Assembly: GCA_011364965.1 (NCBI GenBank)
Contig: RDOB01000007.1
Span: 32,001-96,000 of the forward strand
Direction of reading: 5' to 3'
Source of the DNA: Candidatus Heimdallarchaeota archaeon
Lineage (GTDB): Archaea > Asgardarchaeota > Heimdallarchaeia > Hodarchaeales > Hodarchaeaceae
Length of the DNA stretch: 64,000 bases
Below are positions 30,161 through 40,175 of this stretch, piece after piece. The notes beneath the pieces were generated by a model. That model was not told the origin of the DNA. It did no database searches and saw only the letters and a program-made list of their open reading frames with translations. The position numbers and the translations under genes were made by a program. Position 1 is the first letter of the stretch. The number at the start of each line of letters is the position of its first letter.

Positions 30161-30321
30161 ATTTCGATTTTTTTTACTGTTTCAGTCCCCTAATATAACC
30201 CTATCTCCCTATTCGGCCCGTTCAGTGCCTTTTTCTCTTTAATTCCGCCTTTTTTCGAGAGTTTATAATATTACATTCCTCTAATTTTCCAGAAGTAAAA
30301 AAAAGGTTTTTTTTCCCCTTT

Positions 30322-30535
30322 TGGGCTTGACGCCGCATAACCACAATCCACCAACCTGTACCGCCATTATATGAGTCATTAGTATCGTAGAACCGACGTG
30401 ATGATAACTAGAATGCTGATTTCTACCTTTTAACTAAAATGATTCAGAGGATTATGCAACATTGCGTGATATGTATTTATCATAGTAAAAAAAGTTAAGG
30501 AGTACTGACCCTGTCTTGTTAGAACAATAACAGTG
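30322..30535 (+). ncRNA. candidate C/D-motif (K-turn) RNA
   Basis: GTAGAA/TTCTAC stem enclosing GTGATGA (30398) and CTGA (30416); further nested stems. Confidence 0.4.
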
Positions 30536-30585
30536 AAAATTAGATCAAATAGTCTCTAAACCAATTATTGTCAATCAGCTTCCCA

Positions 30586-31419
30586 TCAGTACTTAGGTGA
30601 AATTGGGTAATTACTGATTAGCAATTCAGTATTGCGTTGAACTGTATTTTTCATATTACTGGAAATTATGTAACTATAAACATAATATTCTGAGAAGAAG
30701 TCTTGTATAGTTGGAGAATCTCGATTCGAGAGAATCCATAAATTAGTTATGTCATCAAGATATGATTTTAAAGTTCTCCAGTCAATATTATTCATCCCTT
30801 TTCCATATAAATTCCCTTTTTTCGATGTGTCAAAATAAGGAGGATCAAGATACCACATTACTTCTTGATCAGTTAAAATTGAAGCACTTCGTTTAAAAAC
30901 TTCCGAATAGTCCAGATTGGTAATTTCAACTGGATAACGATTAAGTATCTTATGAATGGATCTCATTTTATCAGGTTTATTAATCTGCCAATTAGAATGA
31001 GCTTTTTTAATGCTATATCCCCCTCCAGCTCCATTAGGAGAACAGCTCAGAATTATTAACTTTTTTATTGCCCGTTCCAAAAGTGAAGTGGGTCTTTTTT
31101 GTTTCCACTGGAAATAATCTTCGCGGGTTATCAGGGGAAGTATTCGAATGTATTCGTTTAATTCCTCTAAAAGGTCAGCATCTTGAATACACTTGAGTAG
31201 TGCAAATATTTCAGGGTCTTTATCATTCAACCAAGCTTCTTTAGCTTTAGGTGAAACTTGGATGAAAAAATTGGCCAAACCTGTGAATGGTTCAATTAAA
31301 AAGGGGATTTCAGGTGGAATTGAACCAAATAAAGCCCAATATTTTTTTGTATTGCTTTTAGCACCAGGATAACTAGCAATAGTTAGTTTTGAAGGGATTT
31401 GCATATTGAAAGCCATCAT
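30586..31419 (-). CDS. orphan D12-class DNA adenine methyltransferase (Dam-like)
   Basis: YPGAKS, EPFTG motif I, LND, YLDPPY, ELLI.NY. Confidence 0.9.
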   Translation of the reverse strand: MMAFNMQIPSKLTIASYPGAKSNTKKYWALFGSIPPEIPFLIEPFTGLANFFIQVSPKAKEAWLNDKDPEIFALLKCIQDADLLEELNEYIRILPLITREDYFQWKQKRPTSLLERAIKKLIILSCSPNGAGGGYSIKKAHSNWQINKPDKMRSIHKILNRYPVEITNLDYSEVFKRSASILTDQEVMWYLDPPYFDTSKKGNLYGKGMNNIDWRTLKSYLDDITNLWILSNRDSPTIQDFFSEYYVYSYIISSNMKNTVQRNTELLISNYPISPKY

Positions 31420-31810
31420 ACGTTGCTTCTTTATTGTTCTTAAAACAATTGCGTTAGAGTAAAGATATCTTTTTTATATTCAAGGTCACTAAATCTTCCC
31501 CAGCTTTTAATTTATTTTCTATGACATACCCTGAATTGTTCCTTGAATTAATTTTTATTACCAAATCATATAGCCTTAAAAAAATATATCTGAGGAATAT
31601 TCAGCTGGAACATTACTGAAAGACCCTTTTGCCTAGGAATAAGCCCATTTGGAAATAAATGGGTATTTTTGATGTATTTAATTTAGATCAAGCAAATCAA
31701 AAATTAAAGCAGTAGGGTGAAGAGGAATGGTTCCCCTTAACGATTCCTACCTTTTACCTATGATAATGTTCATTCATAACAAATAAAACCTAATCATCTT
31801 TTTTGGATTA

Positions 31811-32593
31811 CTAAGTCTTTTCTGCAATAAAGAGAGCATATCCAATTCCCTTTTTTCTTACAAATTTCATGATCTCTTGGAATTTTTCTTCGTCTTCCAT
31901 CTCTATTGCACGAACTACTATTAATTTATTTAATAGATTTCGATATTCATCTGAAAAATCGATTACTTGGACGTTTACAAAACCTGCTTCTTTCATTATC
32001 CTTGTATTATCCTCAATACTGATAGCACCACCTACACAATTGCAGTATATTTCATCATCTTCCTTCATTGATCTGGGCAATGGAAGCCATGTGATTACGT
32101 CATGTATAACAACTTTTCCTTTCCCTTTTAGTACCCGTAAGATTTCCGTAAATGCTTTCATTTTATCAGATATTAATGATATAACACACTCGCTAATGAC
32201 CCTATCAAAATAATTGTTAGGAAATTGCAGTTCCGTTGCATTAGTTTTTTGAAATTCAGTCACATTTTCGACGTTGAAAATTTTAGCACTTCTTTGGGCA
32301 GCTTCAATTCCTTGAGATGAAAGATCGACTCCAATTATCCTGCCATTTGGCTTAATTTTTTCAGCAATATTGATAGCAGTTTCGCCACTTCCGCAACCGA
32401 TATCAAGGACTTTCATTCCTGATTGTAAGTTTAGTTCCCTAAAAAGTCTTTCTTTGGCTTTTCCCATCTTCAATTCAGAGTTATCCTTATATTTTGTGTA
32501 GTATTCCCTATCATACTTTTCTTCAACAATATTTTTGATTGATTCATCTGCTTCAATCTCAGCTTTAGGATTACAGCTCGTACATTTCTTCAT
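31811..32593 (-). CDS. arsenite methyltransferase-like SAM-dependent MTase
   Basis: VLDIGCGSG, ISECVISL, YCNCVGGA, N-terminal CTSC. Confidence 0.75.
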   Translation of the reverse strand: MKKCTSCNPKAEIEADESIKNIVEEKYDREYYTKYKDNSELKMGKAKERLFRELNLQSGMKVLDIGCGSGETAINIAEKIKPNGRIIGVDLSSQGIEAAQRSAKIFNVENVTEFQKTNATELQFPNNYFDRVISECVISLISDKMKAFTEILRVLKGKGKVVIHDVITWLPLPRSMKEDDEIYCNCVGGAISIEDNTRIMKEAGFVNVQVIDFSDEYRNLLNKLIVVRAIEMEDEEKFQEIMKFVRKKGIGYALFIAEKT

Positions 32594-32638
32594 TTTTAGT
32601 TCCTCATATACAATTAGGTGTAGTAATTTTTTTAAATT

Positions 32639-32665
32639 CTACTACTCCTATATAAGAAGTAGTAG
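32639..32665. promoter_or_regulatory. inverted-repeat operator around a TATA box between divergent MTase and TrmB genes
   Basis: CTACTACT-CCTATATAAGA-AGTAGTAG. Confidence 0.6.
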
Positions 32666-32720
32666 TAAATTTTTATTAATACTCTCTGCTAGCTACTTCT
32701 AAGAATTTGGTAGAAGAAAT

Positions 32721-33470
32721 ATGATTGAAACTGAAAAATTAATTAATGATAGTTTTATTTCTAAATTGAAAGCCCTTGGATTGTCAACATATGCTGCTAA
32801 AGTATACTTAGCCTTATTATCAAATCCTAACAGTTCCGCTACATTTCTCTGCAATGAAACTGGAATTCCAGACTCTAAAATGTATTATACTTTGAAAGAA
32901 CTGCATAAAATAGGGATGATAGATGTGAGAGAAGGTTCACCTAATACGTATAATCCATTACACCCCAAAATGGCGATTAGTCACCTAAAACAGGAACTTC
33001 TTGAGAATTATTCTCATAAAGTAAAAGAAGCGGATACTCTTATAGCTTCTATATCACCAATATTTGAAAATGCTGAGAATCAGGAAGATATGGAGGTAGC
33101 TTACGTTATAAATGGTCAAAAAAATATTCTTAGAAGGATTATTCATCTAATGTCTAATTCTAATGATGAAATATTAATCATTATTTCAAGTAACAACCTA
33201 TTTCAGACTCTTCTACCAGTACTAAATAATTTGAAAAGTAAAATTACTGTTAAATTTGCTGGTTCTATAGAGATTTGTGAAAATAGTGACCTATTTCAAA
33301 TAAATAACCTTAAGATTTCAACTTGTTCTTGCAATATAGTCCTGACAGATAAAAACACACTCATTACTGTGTCTAGTTGGGAAAACGGGATTGCTATCCT
33401 TACGAATGACAAAGGTTTGGTATCCATGTGTCATGAATTTTATGAAAATCACCTTTGTCAATTAGTTTAG
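32721..33470 (+). CDS. TrmB-family transcriptional regulator
   Basis: LGLSTYAAKVYLAL...TGIPDSKMYYTLKEL...G...P; Cys-containing effector domain. Confidence 0.92.
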   Translation: MIETEKLINDSFISKLKALGLSTYAAKVYLALLSNPNSSATFLCNETGIPDSKMYYTLKELHKIGMIDVREGSPNTYNPLHPKMAISHLKQELLENYSHKVKEADTLIASISPIFENAENQEDMEVAYVINGQKNILRRIIHLMSNSNDEILIIISSNNLFQTLLPVLNNLKSKITVKFAGSIEICENSDLFQINNLKISTCSCNIVLTDKNTLITVSSWENGIAILTNDKGLVSMCHEFYENHLCQLV

Positions 33471-33891
33471 CTATTTTCAACTGATTATCCAAAATTAACG
33501 GAAGGTCAACGGTTTTTTGGAAGTTAATCCTGTCTATATTGATTAATCCTTAGCTATCTCCACTTCAGAAGGATTAGCAATATAATGGGGTGTTGTTACA
33601 TGGGATTGTTGAATACTCGCTTGCACATCAAGAAATTTTACTCTCACCAAATCAAAGCTGTCATTGGGGGAATATATATGGTAAAATATAGTCAAAAGGA
33701 AGTTAATATGATTACCGATGTTCTAGAAAGCACTATGATTTTCCAAAAACGATTTGGCGATGAAAAAGTGAAACTTTGCCCTGTTGGGACCGAATTCGGA
33801 TTCAATTAAAGTTCTAGTTGATAATTTCTAATGTTTGAAAACCAATAGTAGGTACTGATACTTCTTCAGTCCTGAAGAACGAATTCGTCCC

Positions 33892-34515
33892 TCATTCGAC
33901 CTCATTAATAGAGGAAATGCGTTTAATGTTTTCTTTTTCTTGCACTGACCTGTTATAGGGATGATCAATCAGCCAGAGGAACTGCTCATCCTTTAAAGTA
34001 TTCACAATGTAGGGGTTATCATCAATGAATGTTTTATAGTTAAGAACTGGTTTTTTATCTGGAATATAAACAATAGCTCTGTAATCAATGTTATGAAGAT
34101 CAAGCCATAACTTAATACCATCTAAAGTATGTCGGGATGTAACAATATCAAATGGTTTTAACCTATCGGTAGCTTTCTTAATGTTAGCAATTAAGGGTGG
34201 AATTTTGGTATAGTTATTGTTCCAAAGATGATCTGTTTCAAAAAGAAACTTTTCTAGAGTCTCATTCCATTTTCTCAAACTTGTAAAATCCCAATCAGTG
34301 ACATCATTGATCCGAAATTCTTTCTCATATTCTTTAACCCACGCTGCAAGTATATCTGCTAAAACCCCTTCAAGATCTAATGCTATCACCATTTTCGAAT
34401 CAACACTAGTCAATGAATTACTCTCGTAATCAGCTACTGGCAGAAAACGGAGATTTTTTTTGGGTTTTTTTAGGGTAATCCCAAATATCGTGGAGTTTTT
34501 TGGGATATTCTTCAA
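33892..34515 (-). CDS. 5'(3')-deoxyribonucleotidase (NT5C-like HAD); start probably ATG 34392
   Basis: IALDLEGVLAD, IVTSR, FIDDNP, HPYN. Confidence 0.8.
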   Translation of the reverse strand: MKNIPKNSTIFGITLKKPKKNLRFLPVADYESNSLTSVDSKMVIALDLEGVLADILAAWVKEYEKEFRINDVTDWDFTSLRKWNETLEKFLFETDHLWNNNYTKIPPLIANIKKATDRLKPFDIVTSRHTLDGIKLWLDLHNIDYRAIVYIPDKKPVLNYKTFIDDNPYIVNTLKDEQFLWLIDHPYNRSVQEKENIKRISSINEVE

Positions 34516-34630
34516 ATACTGTTTCGTACTCTGTAGCTAAAAGTGCTTCTTCTAGTAAAACGATTCAATGAAGATCTCTCAAAGTATATATAAAATATAA
34601 GAAGGATAAAAGACTCCAAATCGAGTTAGA

Positions 34631-35007
34631 CTATCCTATCACTGCCAGACTTCCCATAAAAATTGTCCAGCCAATGTAATTCAGATTTTTTGAATATTGA
34701 TATATTTTCGTTGTCCCAAGACCCAGATTATATGCAAAGGAATATAATGCAAGCATTATGATAATTAATCCGATTGTAGAAGCCGTTAAGCCAGGAATAA
34801 ATAAAATCCCGTACGTTGCTGGAACAAATAAGCTGATAACAAATCCTTCCATAAGCTAAACTACAGCTGGAACCATAATTTTTTTTGAGCTAATAATTCA
34901 GGGTCTTCAAATGGTTTTCTTCGCTTTCTATCAGCCCATAGCCATAAAGGATACGTTATAGCATAACCTGCAATATAAAATAACCAGAGGTTAATAATAT
35001 TTACCAT
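34631..35007 (-). pseudogene. disrupted membrane-protein gene
   Basis: MVNIINLWLFYIAGY...PFEDPE is followed by a frameshift in an A-run and an in-frame TAG before the MEGFVISLF fragment. Confidence 0.55.
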
Positions 35008-35039
35008 TCCTAAACATCCAGGGTTTTTTAGCTGAATTA

Positions 35040-35498
35040 TTATACGCTATAATTCTTAAGAATATCATCAGCCCAGGCGTTTGCTCGTTCCAATTCCCCC
35101 TCTTTCAACGGGCCTTTTCGTCCTTTAACAAAAAATGCTTCTGGTGATATTATTAGTCTTCCATTCTTTTTCCTCAAATTATCAGCAATTTTTCCAGCAG
35201 CATAGCCGAAGATTTTGACTAATCTTGTAGATAATCTCGTATCGAACGCAGCAACATTTATATCTTTCATACTAGCCTCTGGAATTTGGTTAAGAAAGTC
35301 TTGTATCGCTTCTGTAGGACTGCCTCCATGCGTTGGTGAACCAATTATTAATAGCTTCAATCCAATTAACTCTGAAAGATTTACACTGTTTACTCGAACT
35401 ATTTTAGTGTCCATTTGGATCTTTATGGCATTTCTAATTGCTTTAGCTATTTCTTCTGTATTTCCATAAACTGAATCATAAATTATCATCGCTTGCAT
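35040..35498 (-). CDS. flavodoxin family protein
   Basis: YDSVYGNTEEIA, GSPTHG, AAFDTR. Confidence 0.92.
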   Translation of the reverse strand: MQAMIIYDSVYGNTEEIAKAIRNAIKIQMDTKIVRVNSVNLSELIGLKLLIIGSPTHGGSPTEAIQDFLNQIPEASMKDINVAAFDTRLSTRLVKIFGYAAGKIADNLRKKNGRLIISPEAFFVKGRKGPLKEGELERANAWADDILKNYSV

Positions 35499-35600
35499 CA
35501 GGATATACCTCATTTTTACTACTCATAATCTCAATTATGGAGGTAGGAAAATCCTTTTTTAAGCAGCATTATGATAAGAAAATTTTGAATCTGAGTAATT

Positions 35601-36323
35601 TCATTTCATCTGTTCTACTGGGTGGAAAAGGAATGTTTTTTCTATTAAAGTGTAAATAATACTTAGAATTGCCAAGATTGTAAAGCTAATCAATGTTAAT
35701 TCTAATGTATTCGTTAGTATTATAAATATGACAATATAAACATGACCATGGGAAACAGGCTGTGATTCTTGGAATAACCAACTTGTGTAAATAGATATAA
35801 TCGTGAGAAAACCAAGAGAGCTCAAAGTAAGTGCAATTAAAAACCATACATTGAAACCCCATATCTCTGATGTATATGTTGTAATATTTAATCCTGCTCC
35901 AATCCAGAAAAAGATTCCCTTGGCATATTCAAGGACAGAATCCAACCATTCACCTTTTCTGCTACTGCATTGTCGTTTTCTAGCTAATTGTCCATCAATG
36001 CAATCCATCAGTGCGGATAACCAATACAATAAACTTGCGATCACCATATAAGAATAATCTAGGGCTCCTAATACTATTGCTATTGAACTTAGAATGGTTA
36101 GAAGCAAACCAAACCAAGTGATCCTATTTGGTGTAATTAAAGAAAATGGTTCTATAAAGGTTACAATAGGTTCTGCGATTTTCCTATGGAAACCAATAAC
36201 AGGATCTTCCTTCTTATAGCTGTGTCTTGAGCTTTTCTCTCCATTTGCCTTACCCATAGTTAATTTGGAGACTATATATTTCAAACTGTACTTATCATGG
36301 ACTTTCAATAAATCATGTTCCAA
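35601..36323 (-). CDS. CDP-alcohol phosphatidyltransferase
   Basis: TPNRIT and DCIDGQLAR...S.KGEWLDSVLE. Confidence 0.9.
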   Translation of the reverse strand: MEHDLLKVHDKYSLKYIVSKLTMGKANGEKSSRHSYKKEDPVIGFHRKIAEPIVTFIEPFSLITPNRITWFGLLLTILSSIAIVLGALDYSYMVIASLLYWLSALMDCIDGQLARKRQCSSRKGEWLDSVLEYAKGIFFWIGAGLNITTYTSEIWGFNVWFLIALTLSSLGFLTIISIYTSWLFQESQPVSHGHVYIVIFIILTNTLELTLISFTILAILSIIYTLIEKTFLFHPVEQMK

Positions 36324-36963
36324 GATAATTTGCCCCTAGTTTTAACGAACGAAAAAAAATTCATTTTCTCTGATTTATAAATCCTCCATTTTAGTATTAT
36401 AAGGTATAATAGCTTATGACTTCACACTTGATTTAACATCAATTTGATTTTGATATCATTGCAATGTTTTGAAATAATAGTTGAAATCCTATCTAAATCT
36501 GTAATATAAAGCATATTTACTTGCTTAAGGACTTTAAATACTAAGTTAAAATACAATGTTGAACACAGGTTTGATTAGGTTTTTACAGGAATCTGGAATT
36601 TTAAAATCAAAAACTTCTTAAAATTTAAAACTATCACTTTTTCAAACCTTTCTCTATGAATTATTTTCATCACAATAATCTTTTTGACATTTAGCCCTTT
36701 TAGAAGGGAAAAGAGAGGAGAATGGGTATGAGTGAGTTTGTAAATGAGTACCTGATACATTGAATTAAACAAACTAGAAAAATCACTTCCTATGAGACTG
36801 CAATTGAGTATGATCGCAAGTCAGGAAAAGTAGTGGGTTATCACATATTTGAACCAGAACCCGTGATTACATCCCAATCCTCGCGAAAAGGTTTGAAACA
36901 ACGATTGAGGGCAAAAAAACTTTCATCTGATGATAATGTTTCTGTTCAAAGTGGATTAGTAGT

Positions 36964-37356
36964 ATGGAAACCTCAATAGGAACCTTCTTCGCCTTCGATC
37001 CTCAAATGCTAAGTAATCCTCCTCGAAGAGAGTTAGATAAAGTTTTTGAAAAGCCAAGGATGCTAGATCCAAATCCAGATTTAGAGAAATATATGGAAAC
37101 TTTTTTTCAAGATTTTCAAGTAATAGATACACTGAAACGTCGGCGTTTAGTTTGTTCTGTATGTTTGGCGCCGATTGAAGAAGATCAATTCATCGTTTTA
37201 CCCCATCCGCAATATCCTGAGGATCCTTCTAAAGTGTCGTACTTCCATTCTAAAAGGAATTGTTCACTGCGTTCAAAGAAAGTCAAGACCGTAAGAGGCC
37301 ATTGGTTGAAAACACGACTTCAGCAGTCAGCTGAAGTATGTAAGGAGGAGGAATGA
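36964..37356 (+). CDS. hypothetical protein, possible Zn finger
   Basis: CSVC ... FH...C. Confidence 0.55.
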   Translation: METSIGTFFAFDPQMLSNPPRRELDKVFEKPRMLDPNPDLEKYMETFFQDFQVIDTLKRRRLVCSVCLAPIEEDQFIVLPHPQYPEDPSKVSYFHSKRNCSLRSKKVKTVRGHWLKTRLQQSAEVCKEEE

Positions 37357-37474
37357 GTTCTCTATACTAGACTTAAACCATTTTAGAAAGAAAATTAGTA
37401 AGAAGTCTTGAAAATTTTCCATTTCCATGTCCCTGGGGAAATTAGAGAATTGTACCGTTTTGGCACCATTGGGA

Positions 37475-38791
37475 CTAAAAATCAGTGATAACATCCAAGG
37501 AGGTAGAGTGTTTATTATTTGATATAAGCTGGTTTAAAAAAATATATGGGAGAAAAGCGCCAAGAAGAAAACCAATTTCTACAATAAAGAGTAATGGAAA
37601 TGACTTATAAACCATGATTAGACCAGCTATTAAACTAGCAATTGATCTGCCGAAAGTGGATATTAAACCAAAAAAAGCCAAAAGAAATGTTCTTGACTGA
37701 GATTCAGAGCAAATATTCAACATTAAAGTAGTGGAAGGGGTAGTAACAAGTCCTGCTCCAGCTCCGAAGATTCCTATACTTATTAAGAAGAGATTCTGTA
37801 AAGAAATAATATCTGGTATTCCACCTTGGGTTGCTCCTATACCTATGAATGTAACTAAGAGAAGTCCTAAACTTGAAACACATACTCCCAGCAAAATAAC
37901 ATATGAAGTGCTAGTCCGCTTCTCTAATACTAATGCTAATGGGATAAAGATTAAGGTTGTAGTTCCCCATATCGCTGCAACTCTCCCAATATTTCCCTCT
38001 GAGAATGCTAGGATCTTAATTGCGAATGGTTCTAGAACAGCATCCTGAGCAAATAAACCAATCAAAAAGAATAGTAAAAACAAACTCATTAAAATTACTT
38101 GTGAATTCATTACTTGATGAGTTGATAACTGTATCGTCTCACGAATAGGATGTACAACTTCTGATTTGGCTGATTTATCCTCTTTGATTAGTAAAGCAGG
38201 TAGTACTCCCAGAAGTATGCTTAAGAAGCCAAGACTGATGAAAAATCCTTCAAATTTTAAGCTTCCATAAAAAATCGCTCCAAATATTCCACCAAGTGCA
38301 TATCCGAGTAATCTAAAGAATTGAATCGCACCGGCAGCTTGCCCTCGTGATAGTTCATTAGTTTTATCGAGTAAGTAGGCATCTGACATTGTTGCAACAA
38401 TAGCTGAGCCGATAACAAACCCGATCATTCCTATCAAGATTAGAATCGACCCTAATACCTGAGAGATTAGAAATAAACCTAAAGTTTGTATCAATAGCCC
38501 CAACATGACATAAGATCGGCGATTAGATCCAAATAATGGAAAATTATCTCCTAAATATCCTATAACTAATCTAAAAAGCTCAAATAGTGTAGTAATTCCA
38601 ATGATAAATGCTATTGTCGTTGTTTCCCACCCAATAATCGCGAGCTGTGCAGGAATAAATGTATTGATACCAATTACCCCCACACTGACTCCTATATGCA
38701 CAATGGCAATTCCCACTATAGATGATAGGCCTAAGTATTCAGGTTTGGTATTTTGGATCAATGAGGGATGTGAATCATACAAATTAATCAC
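37475..38791 (-). CDS. MFS transporter, PucC/BCD-like
   Basis: ~12 TM; GYLGD.....G.NRRSY and QDAVLEPF signatures. Confidence 0.8.
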   Translation of the reverse strand: MINLYDSHPSLIQNTKPEYLGLSSIVGIAIVHIGVSVGVIGINTFIPAQLAIIGWETTTIAFIIGITTLFELFRLVIGYLGDNFPLFGSNRRSYVMLGLLIQTLGLFLISQVLGSILILIGMIGFVIGSAIVATMSDAYLLDKTNELSRGQAAGAIQFFRLLGYALGGIFGAIFYGSLKFEGFFISLGFLSILLGVLPALLIKEDKSAKSEVVHPIRETIQLSTHQVMNSQVILMSLFLLFFLIGLFAQDAVLEPFAIKILAFSEGNIGRVAAIWGTTTLIFIPLALVLEKRTSTSYVILLGVCVSSLGLLLVTFIGIGATQGGIPDIISLQNLFLISIGIFGAGAGLVTTPSTTLMLNICSESQSRTFLLAFFGLISTFGRSIASLIAGLIMVYKSFPLLFIVEIGFLLGAFLPYIFLNQLISNNKHSTSLDVITDF

Positions 38792-38969
38792 GATTCTTTG
38801 AATTCTTAAAGATGATAAAAGTGGTTTGGATAAAACAATAAATCCTTTAGGTTATGAAAACGTAAGTGGATAATAATACAATTAAATTGCATTTAGCTGA
38901 TATTATTATTATAAAATCTTGAGAAAAGCAGTTTGATTTGGAATGATCAATACTTTTTTTGGGAGTTTG

Positions 38970-40175
38970 TTAACTTATCAATTGATAAAATTCCTTTACT
39001 TTTTTTAGTATGTTCTTTGAATGAATTCTGTTCTTTGTTTCAAGAGCAAGATGAACAGCTACATGTCCAAACGGTACGGATGGAGAATACCTATCAAAAT
39101 CAATATCTACCACGTTACCTTCCATAGAGGCTATAATCTTTAATAGCGTCTCTAAACGACCAGGTTTATCTTCCACCAAAGCATTTAGTTCTTGGTATCT
39201 TCCTGATTTAATCAATCCTTGCGTTATGATTCTTCCTAAAATGGTTGTATCGACATTACCGCCACTGACAATTAAAACAACTTTCTCTCCTTCTTTTGCA
39301 ATATTATGATGCAAAAGTGCTGCGAGGGAAACTGCCCCTGCTCCTTCTGCTATAGATTTGCATCGTTCCATTAAAAGCAGTATTGCTTCTGCTATCTCTT
39401 CTTCATCCACAATTACAATATCATCAAGGAATGAGTTCATTATTGTAAAAGTTAATTCACTCGGACTCTTAATAGCAATACCATCAGCAATTGTATTACC
39501 TTTTCCAGTATTGATAAGGATTCCAGCTTTAATAGATTGATAAGCAGCATTCATTTCTTTCGTTTGTACACCTACTACCCGACAGGACGATTTCTTGGAT
39601 TTTATTGCTGTTAATATACCAGAAATTAATCCTCCTCCACCGATAGGACAAATTATTAAGTCAACTTCCGGTAGGTCTTCTAAAATTTCCAATGCAATAG
39701 TTCCTTGTCCTGCAACAACATGATGGTCGTCAAAAGCATGAATTAAAGTCAATTGATCAGTCTTCGCAATTTCAATTGCTTTGGTATATGCTTCCTCAAA
39801 ACTCTCCCCATATAGTATTACCTCTCCTCCATATTCTTTTGTTGCTTCTATTTTTGGTATTGGGGCACCTTTGGGCATGACAATAGTTGAAGGGATATTG
39901 AACATGGAAGCAGCCAATGCAACGCCTTGAGCATGATTACCAGTGCTTACAGCAACAACTCCTTTTTTTCTTACTGTTTCATCTAGGTGAGCGATCTTAT
40001 TATACGCTCCTCGTACTTTAAAAGACCCAGCTTTTTGAAGATTTTCGTATTTCAAATAAACTTCGCATCCAGTCTTTTTAGAAAAAGTAGTTGAATGATT
40101 CAGAGGCGTACGTTTTACTTTCTGCTTCAGGATTTCCTGTGCTTCTAATATAGATTCAAATGTGGGAAAATTCAA
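38970..40175 (-). CDS. ilvA: threonine ammonia-lyase with ACT domain
   Basis: ENLQKAGSFKVRGA, STGNHAQG, GGGGL, SGGN, DKPG. Confidence 0.96.
   Translation of the reverse strand: MNFPTFESILEAQEILKQKVKRTPLNHSTTFSKKTGCEVYLKYENLQKAGSFKVRGAYNKIAHLDETVRKKGVVAVSTGNHAQGVALAASMFNIPSTIVMPKGAPIPKIEATKEYGGEVILYGESFEEAYTKAIEIAKTDQLTLIHAFDDHHVVAGQGTIALEILEDLPEVDLIICPIGGGGLISGILTAIKSKKSSCRVVGVQTKEMNAAYQSIKAGILINTGKGNTIADGIAIKSPSELTFTIMNSFLDDIVIVDEEEIAEAILLLMERCKSIAEGAGAVSLAALLHHNIAKEGEKVVLIVSGGNVDTTILGRIITQGLIKSGRYQELNALVEDKPGRLETLLKIIASMEGNVVDIDFDRYSPSVPFGHVAVHLALETKNRIHSKNILKKVKEFYQLIS

Noticed and set aside
29981-30330. RNase P or SRP RNA identity for the structured region
   Set aside because: Lacks the GAGGAAAGUCC/ACAGAA conserved regions and the SRP helix-8 motif.
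29560-31612. ORB-like TTCCAG motifs (near 29561, 30287 and 31603) suggesting a replication origin
   Set aside because: Short, degenerate matches with no G-string and no cdc6/orc1 in the window; not distinguishable from chance.
33585-33809. 74-aa ORF
   Set aside because: No recognisable motif; may be a gene remnant.
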